A stretch of 55,673 bases of DNA from a virus (lineage: Duplodnaviria; Caudoviricetes). A program made the position numbers and the translations under genes. The notes beneath the pieces were generated by a model. That model did not search any database. It saw only the letters and a program-made list of their open reading frames with translations, and was not told the origin of the DNA. Shown piece after piece: positions 8,942-18,640 of the stretch (the first letter of the stretch is position 1; every line of letters begins with the position of its first letter). Location: IMG/VR virus record IMGVR_UViG_3300024265_000061, positions 1 through 55,673 of that record. One strand, written 5' to 3'.

Positions 8942-11248
8942 GTGGCAGAAGTTTTTACTACCTCCGGTGAAGATAGTAATAATGTCACGGTTCCCCGTCC
9001 GATTTTACAGGGTTTATTAATACCTGGCATAGACGACCCCCAAGCAGTAGATGGGTTTGGAATAGTCACTCCTTGGGGAGGAGGTAGCACCACAAGACGA
9101 TATGGGGATTATGGAATCTCCCAAGATATATCATCTCAGCAGACCCAATTAAATGACTTATCAAGTGCTTTTATCCCTGCGGAGGGTCGAGGAATAGGAA
9201 CAACATATAATTTCGAGGGATTAGTCGGCCCACAAGGGCCACGAGGCCCAGCGGGGCCACCGGGAGTTTCCGGAATAACTAGTTTACCTTATGGTTATGT
9301 TTTACCAACTAATTCTAATTTTCTGGCAGTACTTCCTCACAATATTGACCAAATAAATGTCCTTGGTACAGCAGCCGATAAATTACTTTACACAGACGCA
9401 CTTAATACTTACGGAGGAAGTACAGAGTGGGTAGAGCGACAACCGGCTGGGGCTGTGAATGTGAATTGGCAAAGTGTAGCATCTGACTTAGATGGTTCTA
9501 ATCTAATAGCTTGTGTTGAGGATGGAAGATTATATACCTCTGCTGATTATGGGGTAACATGGACAGAGAGACAACCGGCTGGAGCGGCAAATAAAGTTTG
9601 GGCGGCTGTCGCTTCGGATGCGGATGGTTCTCATCTAATTGCCGTTATTAAGGATGGAAGATTATATACTTCTAATAATTCTGGTGTAAGTTGGACAGAG
9701 AGACAACCAGCCGGAAATGCTGATAAACAGTGGAGCAGTGTAGCTTCTGATTCAGATGGTTCCAATTTAATAGCATGTGTTACCAATGGAAGATTATATA
9801 CTTCCGCTAACTATGGTGTAAGTTGGACAGAGAGACAACCAGATGATGCAGATGACAATTATTGGACAAGTGTTGCATCAGATGATGATGGTTCTGTTTT
9901 AATAGCCGGGAAAGGTAATACTACTGTAGCGGCTTTATATATATCCATTAACTCCGGAGTTAGTTGGTCAGAGGAAATACCAGCCGCCGCTACTATTTCT
10001 TGGTATGGAGCAGCCTCTGATGCAGATGGTTCTGTTTTAATAGCCGGGGGTCTTACCGGAAGAATAGCTATATCAGCCGATAGTGGTGGTTCTTGGACGT
10101 TAAAAGGGGCTGCTGGAGGGGATGATTGGCATTGTACCGCTACAAATTCAGATGGTTCTTATATAATAGTTGGTAGTGGAACTAATTTATATGAATCTTT
10201 TGATTCAGGTGTAACCTTTGCAGAAACAAAACCTGCCGGGGCTACAACTAAAGTTTGGCGAACAGTATCAACTTCCTTGGAAGGTTCTAATACAATCGTA
10301 GGAGTTCGGGGAGGTCGATTATATACCGGCACGGTATCTATGGGATACTCTGAAGCGACTTGGGCAGAAGCAGATTTAACCTCAGCGGGGAGAGCTATAT
10401 TAGATGATGCTAATGCAGCGGCACAAGCAACTACTTTAGGGGTAGGAACAGGAGACAGTCCAACTTGGGCGGGGGCTACGTTCACAGGCACGGCATCGGG
10501 TGTCATCCCAACAGCAGGTGCACATCTTGCTACCAAAGAATATGTAGATTTAGCGATAGGTGCTTCGTCAGATTATTTTCTATCAGATAATGATGATGCA
10601 ATCGCTAATTATCATATATTATATGAAACTGATACAGGTGAGGCAGCAAGCGATGAAGAAACTGCTGCGATGGATGAGGGTGACGACCAACTGATGTTCA
10701 GTTTTATTACTGCATCTGGTGTACCTGGAGTCACGTTCTTGAGGTCAGGTATATATGTTTTACATACGCATTTAGCAAGAACAACAGGAAACAGACCAAC
10801 TACATTTTATTGGACATTAAGCAAATATGCGTTAAACGCCGACGAAACGGTTTTGATGACTTCTGAAACGTCATCTGCGATTCCTGGTTCAATGGCTTCA
10901 TTTATTACCCATGCGGTGCTGGCTGCCGATGCGACTATTTTAACTACCGATAGATTGGTTCTTAAACTACACGCTAATGTTACGGGTGGTGGTCAGGATT
11001 CTATAATCACCATCTATATGGAAGGCTCTCACGATTGTCACCTAACTAATTTACTTCCGAGTGATATATGGCAGACACAGGGGGATATGCTTGATGCTGT
11101 AAATGCTCTTGGTGATATTGCTGATAATGAGTTCTTAGTCGGTACTGGTGCTGGTACATTGGCTTGGGAGAGCGGAGCGACTGCACGAACATCCTTGGGT
11201 GTTGAGAGTTCAGATGATTCAAAAAGGTATGCTTTAATGTTATGCTAA
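8942..11248 (+). CDS. Tail fibre / receptor-binding protein with short collagen stretch and BNR-like propeller repeats
   Basis: GPQGPRGPAGPPG; repeated SVASDxDGSxLIA..GRLYTSxxxGVSWTERQP; GRAILDDANAAAQATTLG; probable GTG start 8942. Confidence 0.75.
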   Translation: MAEVFTTSGEDSNNVTVPRPILQGLLIPGIDDPQAVDGFGIVTPWGGGSTTRRYGDYGISQDISSQQTQLNDLSSAFIPAEGRGIGTTYNFEGLVGPQGPRGPAGPPGVSGITSLPYGYVLPTNSNFLAVLPHNIDQINVLGTAADKLLYTDALNTYGGSTEWVERQPAGAVNVNWQSVASDLDGSNLIACVEDGRLYTSADYGVTWTERQPAGAANKVWAAVASDADGSHLIAVIKDGRLYTSNNSGVSWTERQPAGNADKQWSSVASDSDGSNLIACVTNGRLYTSANYGVSWTERQPDDADDNYWTSVASDDDGSVLIAGKGNTTVAALYISINSGVSWSEEIPAAATISWYGAASDADGSVLIAGGLTGRIAISADSGGSWTLKGAAGGDDWHCTATNSDGSYIIVGSGTNLYESFDSGVTFAETKPAGATTKVWRTVSTSLEGSNTIVGVRGGRLYTGTVSMGYSEATWAEADLTSAGRAILDDANAAAQATTLGVGTGDSPTWAGATFTGTASGVIPTAGAHLATKEYVDLAIGASSDYFLSDNDDAIANYHILYETDTGEAASDEETAAMDEGDDQLMFSFITASGVPGVTFLRSGIYVLHTHLARTTGNRPTTFYWTLSKYALNADETVLMTSETSSAIPGSMASFITHAVLAADATILTTDRLVLKLHANVTGGGQDSIITIYMEGSHDCHLTNLLPSDIWQTQGDMLDAVNALGDIADNEFLVGTGAGTLAWESGATARTSLGVESSDDSKRYALMLC
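9420..10330 (+). repeat. Intragenic ~129-bp (43-aa) tandem repeats
   Basis: Recurrent TGGACAGAGAGACAACC and GGAAGATTATATAC blocks. Confidence 0.8.
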
Positions 11249-11257
11249 GGATATATT

Positions 11258-11596
11258 ATGAGCATAAGTAAAATCACCAAAGGAACATACATATTAAATA
11301 ATTCAGGTGACCGTGTTACTTTAGTAGAAGCAGCCGATCCCCTACAGGGAACTTGTTTGAAATTAACCGGCGATACTGTTTATCGCAGTGTACCCGTTAC
11401 AGCAGATAGCTGGAATACATTTATGCCAATTTTAGGTAATTGGTTGTTTTCAACCGAAGGAACTGTAGAAACCGTATCAAATATAGGATGGGTATGTCCA
11501 GTTAATAAATCAATTTTGATACATATTCCTGCTGGAAAAACTACACTATATTATAGTGGTTCTGCTGATTTTGGTTATTTAATAGAATTAGCATAA
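11258..11596 (+). CDS. Hypothetical tail-associated protein
   Basis: 112 aa directly after the fibre gene. Confidence 0.55.
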   Translation: MSISKITKGTYILNNSGDRVTLVEAADPLQGTCLKLTGDTVYRSVPVTADSWNTFMPILGNWLFSTEGTVETVSNIGWVCPVNKSILIHIPAGKTTLYYSGSADFGYLIELA

Positions 11597-11612
11597 GTTA
11601 AGGTATTGAGTT

Positions 11613-11948
11613 ATGGCTTTTCAAGAAAAACAATTAGGACAAAGGCGAGATAATGATACGAGTGCTCATAGTGTATATTCTCCGGGAGCAAGTACCACTG
11701 CTGTTATTAAAACAATTACATTAATGAATACTACAAGTACTGACGCTACCATTAGGTTATTTATAGATGATGATGGAACAACTTACGACCAGTCAACTGC
11801 TATACTCTATGATGTTATAATTGATGCTAATTCTTTATTACAGCTTGACGGATTTTATCCGATGAATGATGCAAGCGGTAACTTGGCATACCAACAAGGA
11901 ACAGCTAATGCGATTACAATAACTGTATTTGGTGCGGAGATAACATAA
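11613..11948 (+). CDS. Small beta-sandwich virion protein
   Basis: VYSPGA..TAVIKTITLMN..ITVFGAEIT pattern common in phage structural genes. Confidence 0.6.
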   Translation: MAFQEKQLGQRRDNDTSAHSVYSPGASTTAVIKTITLMNTTSTDATIRLFIDDDGTTYDQSTAILYDVIIDANSLLQLDGFYPMNDASGNLAYQQGTANAITITVFGAEIT

Positions 11949-11962
11949 ACAGGAGATAAATA

Positions 11963-14614
11963 ATGGCTGAAGATCGTATTTATGTGCCGTACCAATTCCG
12001 AACTCCTCGAATGGATCAATCTGTGCCTCCAAATCAGGTTCGCCCGGGGTCATTCGGGAGATTGTCAGGTGTAGATGGGAGATTCAATGGGGGACTCCGA
12101 AAATTCTACGGAATGAAAGAAGTTCTTGATTTGGATGATGTATCGGGGATGGGGAGTATAGATGCTAATGCCGGGCCGGATTTCATGCGATATGTTACCT
12201 TTCAGAAAAAAGCTACCTCTACTGTTTATCGGGGTTTTGTTGTCCGATGGGACAGTCAAGATGATACTGATGATGAGCAAATTGATTTAATTTATACGGC
12301 TGATAGTGGAACTTCTTGGACAAAGCTCGCTATATGGGCAGCGGGGAATACTGTAACCTCGAGTCTTGAAATAGATTGCGTTGTGTCTGGGGCATATTTA
12401 CTCGTTGCTGTGGACACTAAGGCGACCAAAACCGTGTATTGGGATACGGCTGAGGAAGCCTTGACAGTTGTATCCTCGGGGCCAGGGGGGTTTGACTCCG
12501 AACTTACCACCCCGACATTAAATACCTCCGCAGTGGACACAAGTTATCAGTTGAGGGGGAATGGAACTTATCAAATAGCCTATCGTTTTTATAGCTCTAC
12601 ACGGGGAATATACAGTAGTCTTAGTGCTCCGCTTGTAGTGCATTTAGACCATTATAAAACCACCAAAGCAGTGGGTACGATTAGTTTTGCTGCGGGGGGG
12701 GACAGCGGGATAATGATTGCCGGAGATGTCTTTACAATTAATAGTCGGACTTATGAATATATTGATTCCGGGTCGGATGTTACCATTGCGGCAGCGGCAG
12801 GAGGGACATCGGCAGAACACGCAACAGCTTTGGCGGATGCTATTAACGGAGATAGCTCGGCAACTGTTACTGCTTCGGCACAATCTTCAAGTGTTCTTTT
12901 GGAATCTATAGTTCGGGGCACGGCGGGAAACGCCTACGGACTCAGTGTAGTAGAAGTTGAACCAAATGCAAATGATATTTCGGTGTCAGGAAGTACCTTA
13001 TCTGGAGGCGGTGTTGTTACTACAGAGGCCGAGACACAAGTTAAGATTACCTTAGATTTCCCGGCCAATACCGCTGTCGTATCCGGAGAAGTTCATACTT
13101 CCGACCCTGTGGGAGATGGGTTTGCAGACTTATTCGATACAGTTGATATATTCCGCACAATAGATTTAGGTAATACAACTGCTACACAAGGAGCTATCTT
13201 CTATCTCGAACAGACAATCGCTAAGGCAGGAAATTGGGCAACATCTGGGACGTGGGATTCCTTAACGGCTGGCATAGGGACAGTTGTTGATGAGGCACTC
13301 CCATTCTTAACTATGTATGATCCTGAGAAAGATATTATAGCCACTCCTCCGCAGAGTGGGACTATTGGTAGATATAGTGATGTGACGTTTATGGCACAAG
13401 CCTCAAGTGTGGATGGTGGGTATGATACTTTATCCAGTAGTCCGGAACATAATTCGCCGGAGTATTTCAGTACCTACAACAAAAGAGTAGCTGATGTTGA
13501 GGATGGGCGACCACTAAGATTTATTGCTGCGGGGGATTCATTGTTTCAACTCTGCTATAATGCGATAATCCATATCTTCAAATCCGGTAAACTCAAACCA
13601 CTACAATTTTCAAGACTGCATAAGAAAAGAGGTATCGTAGGGAAAGAAGTTGCTCATTCATCTGGGAATAGTGTATTTATGATTTCTGGTCTCGGCCTTG
13701 TTATTCTTAATGCTACTGATGGAAGTATGGGAAGCATCACTGCGGCAGACCGGGTAATATTTGATGATTGGAAGTCTGAACTCTCAGATGTTAAAAGTTG
13801 TTATGATGCACTAATGAATGCCTCTTTCTTTTTGAACTCTACCCAGGAGGAGATGGTAATCTTATGGCATTCGACTCAAGTATGTAGTATGCTTGACGGG
13901 GCTAATTTTGTGGGAGCAACATCAGGCCCAGATATTACAACAGGCAAAAATGACAGGGCTTTCTTTATTACTGCAACGGGCCTTATAGTGAGTCCAGATA
14001 AATTAGAGAGCGGAAGTGGTACGATGTGGGATATAAGCAGTTCTTATACATTGAATGGAACAGCAACCGCAACATCCAGTTCAACTTTGACCGATGCAAA
14101 TGCGACCTTGAATGCGGATATGGTTGGGGCAAAATTGTATATGACAAGTGGTGATAATGCGGGAGATTCCCGGGAAATACTAACCGCAAGTGGCGGAGTA
14201 TTTGCATTCACAGAGGTTTTTGATAATGATATTACTACTGGAGATACCTATGCTGTTAGTCCAGTTCCTTTTTCTGCAAGATGCTGGCGATTGCAACATG
14301 AGGAAGTATCTCCGTTTACCCGGTGGATTACATCTGGAGTAGCTTTGAAGGCAAGGAAATTGTCGGGATTTGACGACAACGTGAATAATAAATGGCGTGT
14401 GGGGGCTTATAGGAATGGTGGAACCTCGATTGAGTCCACTGTAGCCTATCCAAACGTAAATTCTAATCCCGCCGATTCTGCGGAGGGTTTGAATGTAGAA
14501 GGCATTGATTTAGAGCCTTATATTGAGCAAATTGCGTCCGGTGTGAAATTTGAGCTTACGGACGCAGAATTCGCGGTTTCATACACAGAAAGCAGGAAAG
14601 TGAGTGCTTCTTAG
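11963..14614 (+). CDS. Tail nozzle / DNA-stabilisation-like protein
   Basis: 883 aa, beta-rich, located between fibre and ejection-type genes; assigned by synteny. Confidence 0.5.
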   Translation: MAEDRIYVPYQFRTPRMDQSVPPNQVRPGSFGRLSGVDGRFNGGLRKFYGMKEVLDLDDVSGMGSIDANAGPDFMRYVTFQKKATSTVYRGFVVRWDSQDDTDDEQIDLIYTADSGTSWTKLAIWAAGNTVTSSLEIDCVVSGAYLLVAVDTKATKTVYWDTAEEALTVVSSGPGGFDSELTTPTLNTSAVDTSYQLRGNGTYQIAYRFYSSTRGIYSSLSAPLVVHLDHYKTTKAVGTISFAAGGDSGIMIAGDVFTINSRTYEYIDSGSDVTIAAAAGGTSAEHATALADAINGDSSATVTASAQSSSVLLESIVRGTAGNAYGLSVVEVEPNANDISVSGSTLSGGGVVTTEAETQVKITLDFPANTAVVSGEVHTSDPVGDGFADLFDTVDIFRTIDLGNTTATQGAIFYLEQTIAKAGNWATSGTWDSLTAGIGTVVDEALPFLTMYDPEKDIIATPPQSGTIGRYSDVTFMAQASSVDGGYDTLSSSPEHNSPEYFSTYNKRVADVEDGRPLRFIAAGDSLFQLCYNAIIHIFKSGKLKPLQFSRLHKKRGIVGKEVAHSSGNSVFMISGLGLVILNATDGSMGSITAADRVIFDDWKSELSDVKSCYDALMNASFFLNSTQEEMVILWHSTQVCSMLDGANFVGATSGPDITTGKNDRAFFITATGLIVSPDKLESGSGTMWDISSSYTLNGTATATSSSTLTDANATLNADMVGAKLYMTSGDNAGDSREILTASGGVFAFTEVFDNDITTGDTYAVSPVPFSARCWRLQHEEVSPFTRWITSGVALKARKLSGFDDNVNNKWRVGAYRNGGTSIESTVAYPNVNSNPADSAEGLNVEGIDLEPYIEQIASGVKFELTDAEFAVSYTESRKVSAS

Positions 14615-14615
14615 G

Positions 14616-14643
14616 TTGACAATTTTGGGTAATATGGTACAAT
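14616..14643 (+). promoter_or_regulatory. sigma70-like promoter
   Basis: TTGACA-N16-TACAAT with TGn extension. Confidence 0.65.
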
Positions 14644-14663
14644 AATAATAAGGGAATCTGTCT

Positions 14664-14885
14664 ATGTTAGTTACAGGGGAACCAACGATGGCATATAAAG
14701 AACCAATGTTATTTGGGCATCCAAAATATAAGGTGGAAAGTGCCGCCAGAACTTTAGAGGAAGCTCGTGAATTAGAAAAAGCAGAACCTGACCTCTATAA
14801 AGCGGCCTTAAAGCAACTAAAGCGGAGACAAAATGCTATAGGGGATGTGCTTCGTGCAGCGAGAAGGTCTAAGGGGAATTCGTAA
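14664..14885 (+). CDS. Hypothetical protein
   Basis: 73 aa (alternative start 14688). Confidence 0.55.
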   Translation: MLVTGEPTMAYKEPMLFGHPKYKVESAARTLEEARELEKAEPDLYKAALKQLKRRQNAIGDVLRAARRSKGNS

Positions 14886-15934
14886 TGGCAAATGATGTAT
14901 TAAATCCTGTCACTCCTACTGGTGATTTTGATTACGAGGCTTATAAGACGAAGATAGCTCAAACGGCGGCTGCGACTCGGGATATTGGAGATGTATCGGT
15001 TCCAAAAGGGGCTGAGACTACTGTTGGGGGATTGCGGGGGGTTTATAAGGGAGTAGGTGAAACTGCTGTAGCTCAATATGGTAAGCAAGCTGAAACTAAA
15101 CAGAAAGAAGCCGAGAAAGCTGCGACTGCTCTTGAGATGCAGGGCGGAGCTACAATAGATTATTTACAGAGATTGGAGAAAATACAAGAAGGAGTGACTA
15201 CCCGGGCTGGGGCGGCACGAGAAGCATGGGCGGCGGCTCCTGAGAAGGCAGATGAATATGTCCAAGCCGCTCGTAGTAGAGTGGGGGAGGTTCTTACAAA
15301 ACTTGATGAAATAAATGCTGAGATTGGTAAAGATAGAGATTTCTCTAAAGCTCACGCTATGCAAGCCTCGGTACAAGCTACTATTGGCTCTATGAAAGCT
15401 GAGGAAAGAAATATTGTTGAGACTTATGGGGCGGATAGTAAGGAATATGAACAGTTCCAAATGAGTAAAATGAATTCCTTGGCGACTGTTCAAAGTAATA
15501 TACATGCCTCATATCAGCAATTACAGGAACAGCAGGGTCAAAATTATTTGAATGTTGTTAGTGAAGCCTATACTAAATCTAATATGTATCTTGGTTTTCA
15601 GGAACAACAGCATGTTGATATGCTAAAATATAAAGCAGATGCTCAAAATGCTTATGACTTGCAGGTATCTCAATTTGAAATTGGAGTAGAACAACTTAGA
15701 ATGTCGGGGATGGAAAATCTTGCTAATTGGGTAATCGAGACTCCAACTTTCTCTATGGATGCTACTCCTCTTATGACCTTACTATCTGATATGGCTCAGG
15801 CACAAGTAGCTGCAAACCAAGCCGATTTGCTTAGGGCTGCCCAGACAAAAGCTGCTACTCCTGAAAAATCAAAAGGGACACTACATTCTCCGGCTTTCTT
15901 AAATGTCGGAATAAGTGGCCGTAGAATGTATTAA
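14885..15934 (+). CDS. Putative internal virion/ejection protein
   Basis: A/Q-rich coiled-coil, 349 aa, podovirus-like position. Confidence 0.5.
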   Translation: MANDVLNPVTPTGDFDYEAYKTKIAQTAAATRDIGDVSVPKGAETTVGGLRGVYKGVGETAVAQYGKQAETKQKEAEKAATALEMQGGATIDYLQRLEKIQEGVTTRAGAAREAWAAAPEKADEYVQAARSRVGEVLTKLDEINAEIGKDRDFSKAHAMQASVQATIGSMKAEERNIVETYGADSKEYEQFQMSKMNSLATVQSNIHASYQQLQEQQGQNYLNVVSEAYTKSNMYLGFQEQQHVDMLKYKADAQNAYDLQVSQFEIGVEQLRMSGMENLANWVIETPTFSMDATPLMTLLSDMAQAQVAANQADLLRAAQTKAATPEKSKGTLHSPAFLNVGISGRRMY

Positions 15935-15949
15935 CGAGGGATTTTACTT

Positions 15950-17251
15950 ATGCCAAGAGGAAAAGATGCTCCTACACAAGTCGGTGGTCAGATAGACCCT
16001 TATGTTCAACGGTCTATGCAACAGAGTAAACAACAGGCTGAAAGCAGGCTTGTGGCTGCTATGCAAGAAACTGGGGCCACAGAACGAACTGCTATGACTC
16101 AACGCGGAGCAGGAGAACGAGCAGCATTACAGGCTCAGACACAACGAGAAGGTATAGCGGCCCAGGCAGCATCGGATGATAAACGAGCTGCGGAGGATGA
16201 ACGAGCGAGACGAGAGGATAGAAAATTTGCTCAAACTATGTCCGAAGCATCTCGGGATTTTCAGGAAAAACAGGCCGAACTTGATAGAGAACAACAAAGA
16301 GCTATTATCGCTGGGGACAGGAAAGCCAAAAACGAAATCGAGAAAAGACGAGAATCCCTCCGCAGGTTTAATATTGAATTGAGTATGGATGCCTCTGAGC
16401 GGAATACAAATGCGATGCTTTCTATTCTTAAAGGAGGTCTTAACCGTGAGACCTCGATGGAGAAAGCCAAAACGATATTAGAAGAGGAGGCCACTCGGTT
16501 TGATAATGATAAGGATGTTTATAATAAAACAAGGGAGCGAGTGACGGAGGCCGTAAGATTTGACAAACGGTTGGATTTGCCGATTCGGGGTGAGCGTGTA
16601 ACGAAGGGGGTAATGGTCGGTGGGCAGATGGGTTTTGGTGCTGGTTTTGCAAGAATTCCGGCAGGAATAAAGCCAGGGACTCAGGCTGATCCTATGGGTG
16701 TTCTTCAAGACCAGATTAATAAGTACGGTGGAAATATCTCAGTTGAGGAATTGGCCCCAGAGAATATTAATAAAGTAGAGGATCAGATTCAGAAGGGGGT
16801 TGTAAAAACTGAGGACATCAATAAAACTCTTGGGGCGTTAGAAGGAATGTTGGAGGCCATTAATATAAAGAGAAGAGGTGTAAGTAGAGACTCAGATGAG
16901 TTTGATTTTTGGGCTGATGCTTCCTTGAACATCTCTCAGATGCGGGATGATTTAGAAGGTCTTGCAAAAAGTAAAAAGAAAGTCGAAGGTTCCGAAACAG
17001 AAACAGTCGGGTCACGAGTGCAATATGCTTTGGGGACAGTTAATGATAGTTCTTTGGGTGGACGGGCCGCCCGCATGCGAGATTTGGTCGGTGGAGATTT
17101 TACAGCCGTGTTTGAGGAAATGACAAAATCCGTACAAGTCCCTAAATTGTATGACATCTCTGCCGATATGAATGAGTACGATGCTGAGTACAGAACTTGG
17201 TTTAATGGTTATCTGCGTTCAAGATACCCAGAATTAGAAGGAGTTGAATAA
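15950..17251 (+). CDS. Putative internal virion/ejection protein
   Basis: Coiled-coil, 433 aa. Confidence 0.5.
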   Translation: MPRGKDAPTQVGGQIDPYVQRSMQQSKQQAESRLVAAMQETGATERTAMTQRGAGERAALQAQTQREGIAAQAASDDKRAAEDERARREDRKFAQTMSEASRDFQEKQAELDREQQRAIIAGDRKAKNEIEKRRESLRRFNIELSMDASERNTNAMLSILKGGLNRETSMEKAKTILEEEATRFDNDKDVYNKTRERVTEAVRFDKRLDLPIRGERVTKGVMVGGQMGFGAGFARIPAGIKPGTQADPMGVLQDQINKYGGNISVEELAPENINKVEDQIQKGVVKTEDINKTLGALEGMLEAINIKRRGVSRDSDEFDFWADASLNISQMRDDLEGLAKSKKKVEGSETETVGSRVQYALGTVNDSSLGGRAARMRDLVGGDFTAVFEEMTKSVQVPKLYDISADMNEYDAEYRTWFNGYLRSRYPELEGVE

Positions 17252-17736
17252 TGCCTTTAGGTGTAGGAATAGGAGCAGGATTAGCTACTGGAAAAATACT
17301 TGGTGGGGCAAAAGGACTTGGAGGGCTTCTCAAAGCATTTTATGGCTCTAAACATTTTCTTACCGCATTGTTGGGAGCGGGTTATTTGGGGAGTACGGCG
17401 GTCGGAGCCTATGGACAAGCCGGGGAGCGTGGGCTGACCCGCGAACAAATGAAACTACAAGCATTGATGGGCAAGACCACTGCGGAGGCTACCGAGAGAG
17501 GTGTTAAGGAATCCAGGGCCAGAACAAAAGAGTATATGAAGGCTCTTTTGAAAATCAAAAAAGAAGAAAAGAAAGAAGCCCGGGAATTCATGGCTCTACA
17601 ATCATTTACAGAGAGCCAGAATAGGCAGATGGCTTTAATTGTTCAGGCGGTGCAGACGATGGGCCAGCGGCAGATGGGAGCTTCTACACAGGCTCCCGGA
17701 GGCGGGATGCTTGGTCTGATGAGAGGAGGATTCTGA
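17251..17736 (+). CDS. Putative ejection protein with Gly-rich hydrophobic N-terminus
   Basis: GxG-rich N-terminus, helical C-terminus. Confidence 0.45.
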   Translation: MPLGVGIGAGLATGKILGGAKGLGGLLKAFYGSKHFLTALLGAGYLGSTAVGAYGQAGERGLTREQMKLQALMGKTTAEATERGVKESRARTKEYMKALLKIKKEEKKEAREFMALQSFTESQNRQMALIVQAVQTMGQRQMGASTQAPGGGMLGLMRGGF

Positions 17737-17737
17737 T

Positions 17738-18121
17738 ATGCCAAACGGTGGAACTTATCCAATCGGGCCAGGAGCGGGGCCAGGGGCAGGAATCGGAGGA
17801 GTACCTGGAGGAGATACTCCTTGGTGGCAGGGATTAACACAAAAACCAGGTGTTAAAGGGGCAGGGGCCGGTATCTTTCTTACATGGCTTCTAAATAAAG
17901 TATTGCAGACCAAACATGAAACAGGGATGCGAGGCATACAAAGAGAAGGAATCCGCTCTCAGGCAGAAATGGTCACACCGGAAAATTTATATTATCAAGC
18001 CGCCCAGCCTACTGCCCAAGCCGAAGAATCTCAAGCACGTCAGGCTTTGTTCTCTCAGTTAATGGGGGGTGTAATCGGCCCCCAACAACTTGCTAAAGGC
18101 GAATATATGATAGGTCAATAA
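17738..18121 (+). CDS. Putative ejection protein
   Basis: G/P-rich N-terminus, Q/A-rich C-terminus. Confidence 0.45.
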   Translation: MPNGGTYPIGPGAGPGAGIGGVPGGDTPWWQGLTQKPGVKGAGAGIFLTWLLNKVLQTKHETGMRGIQREGIRSQAEMVTPENLYYQAAQPTAQAEESQARQALFSQLMGGVIGPQQLAKGEYMIGQ

Positions 18122-18139
18122 TTCTTTGAAAGGAAGAGA

Positions 18140-18640
18140 ATGAAACCGATTCTTGGATTCCCAGACTATTGTATTACAAAAGATGGGCAGATATGGTCTA
18201 AACCTCGTAAAGATGCAGTTGGTCATAATCTAAAAGGCCGATGGCTAAAACCAGTAATTGGTAGTAATGGATATTTAGGAATTGCTCTAACTGTTAATTC
18301 ACAGATGTATCGCCGCTCTATCCACCGGCTCTTATTGGAAACTTTTGTTGGCCTGTGTCCTAAAGGTATGGAGTGTCGGCATTTGAATGGCATCAGAACA
18401 GACAACCGTCTTAGTAATCTGGCTTGGGGGACAAGGAGTGAGAATCTAATTGATTCAATCGAACACGGGACGCGTGCATCGGCTAAACTAACTGCGGATA
18501 AAGTCAGAGTGATTCGTTACCTATATAAGGTAGCTAAATTTACTTTGTCAGATTTGGCTTGGCAATTCGATGTTGGAATAACTGCTATCTATAATATTTG
18601 CAGGGGAATAAGTTGGAAGCATTTATATGCCAAAGTATAA
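18140..18640 (+). CDS. NUMOD4-HNH homing endonuclease
   Basis: GFPDYCITKDGQIWS..IHRLLLETFVG..CRHLNGIRTDNRLSNLAWGT..EN; C-terminal HTH. Confidence 0.9.
   Translation: MKPILGFPDYCITKDGQIWSKPRKDAVGHNLKGRWLKPVIGSNGYLGIALTVNSQMYRRSIHRLLLETFVGLCPKGMECRHLNGIRTDNRLSNLAWGTRSENLIDSIEHGTRASAKLTADKVRVIRYLYKVAKFTLSDLAWQFDVGITAIYNICRGISWKHLYAKV

Noticed and set aside
9420-10330. Possible CRISPR array or DGR template/variable repeats
   Set aside because: The repeats are in-frame 43-aa protein repeats without unique spacers; no reverse transcriptase or cas operon is present.
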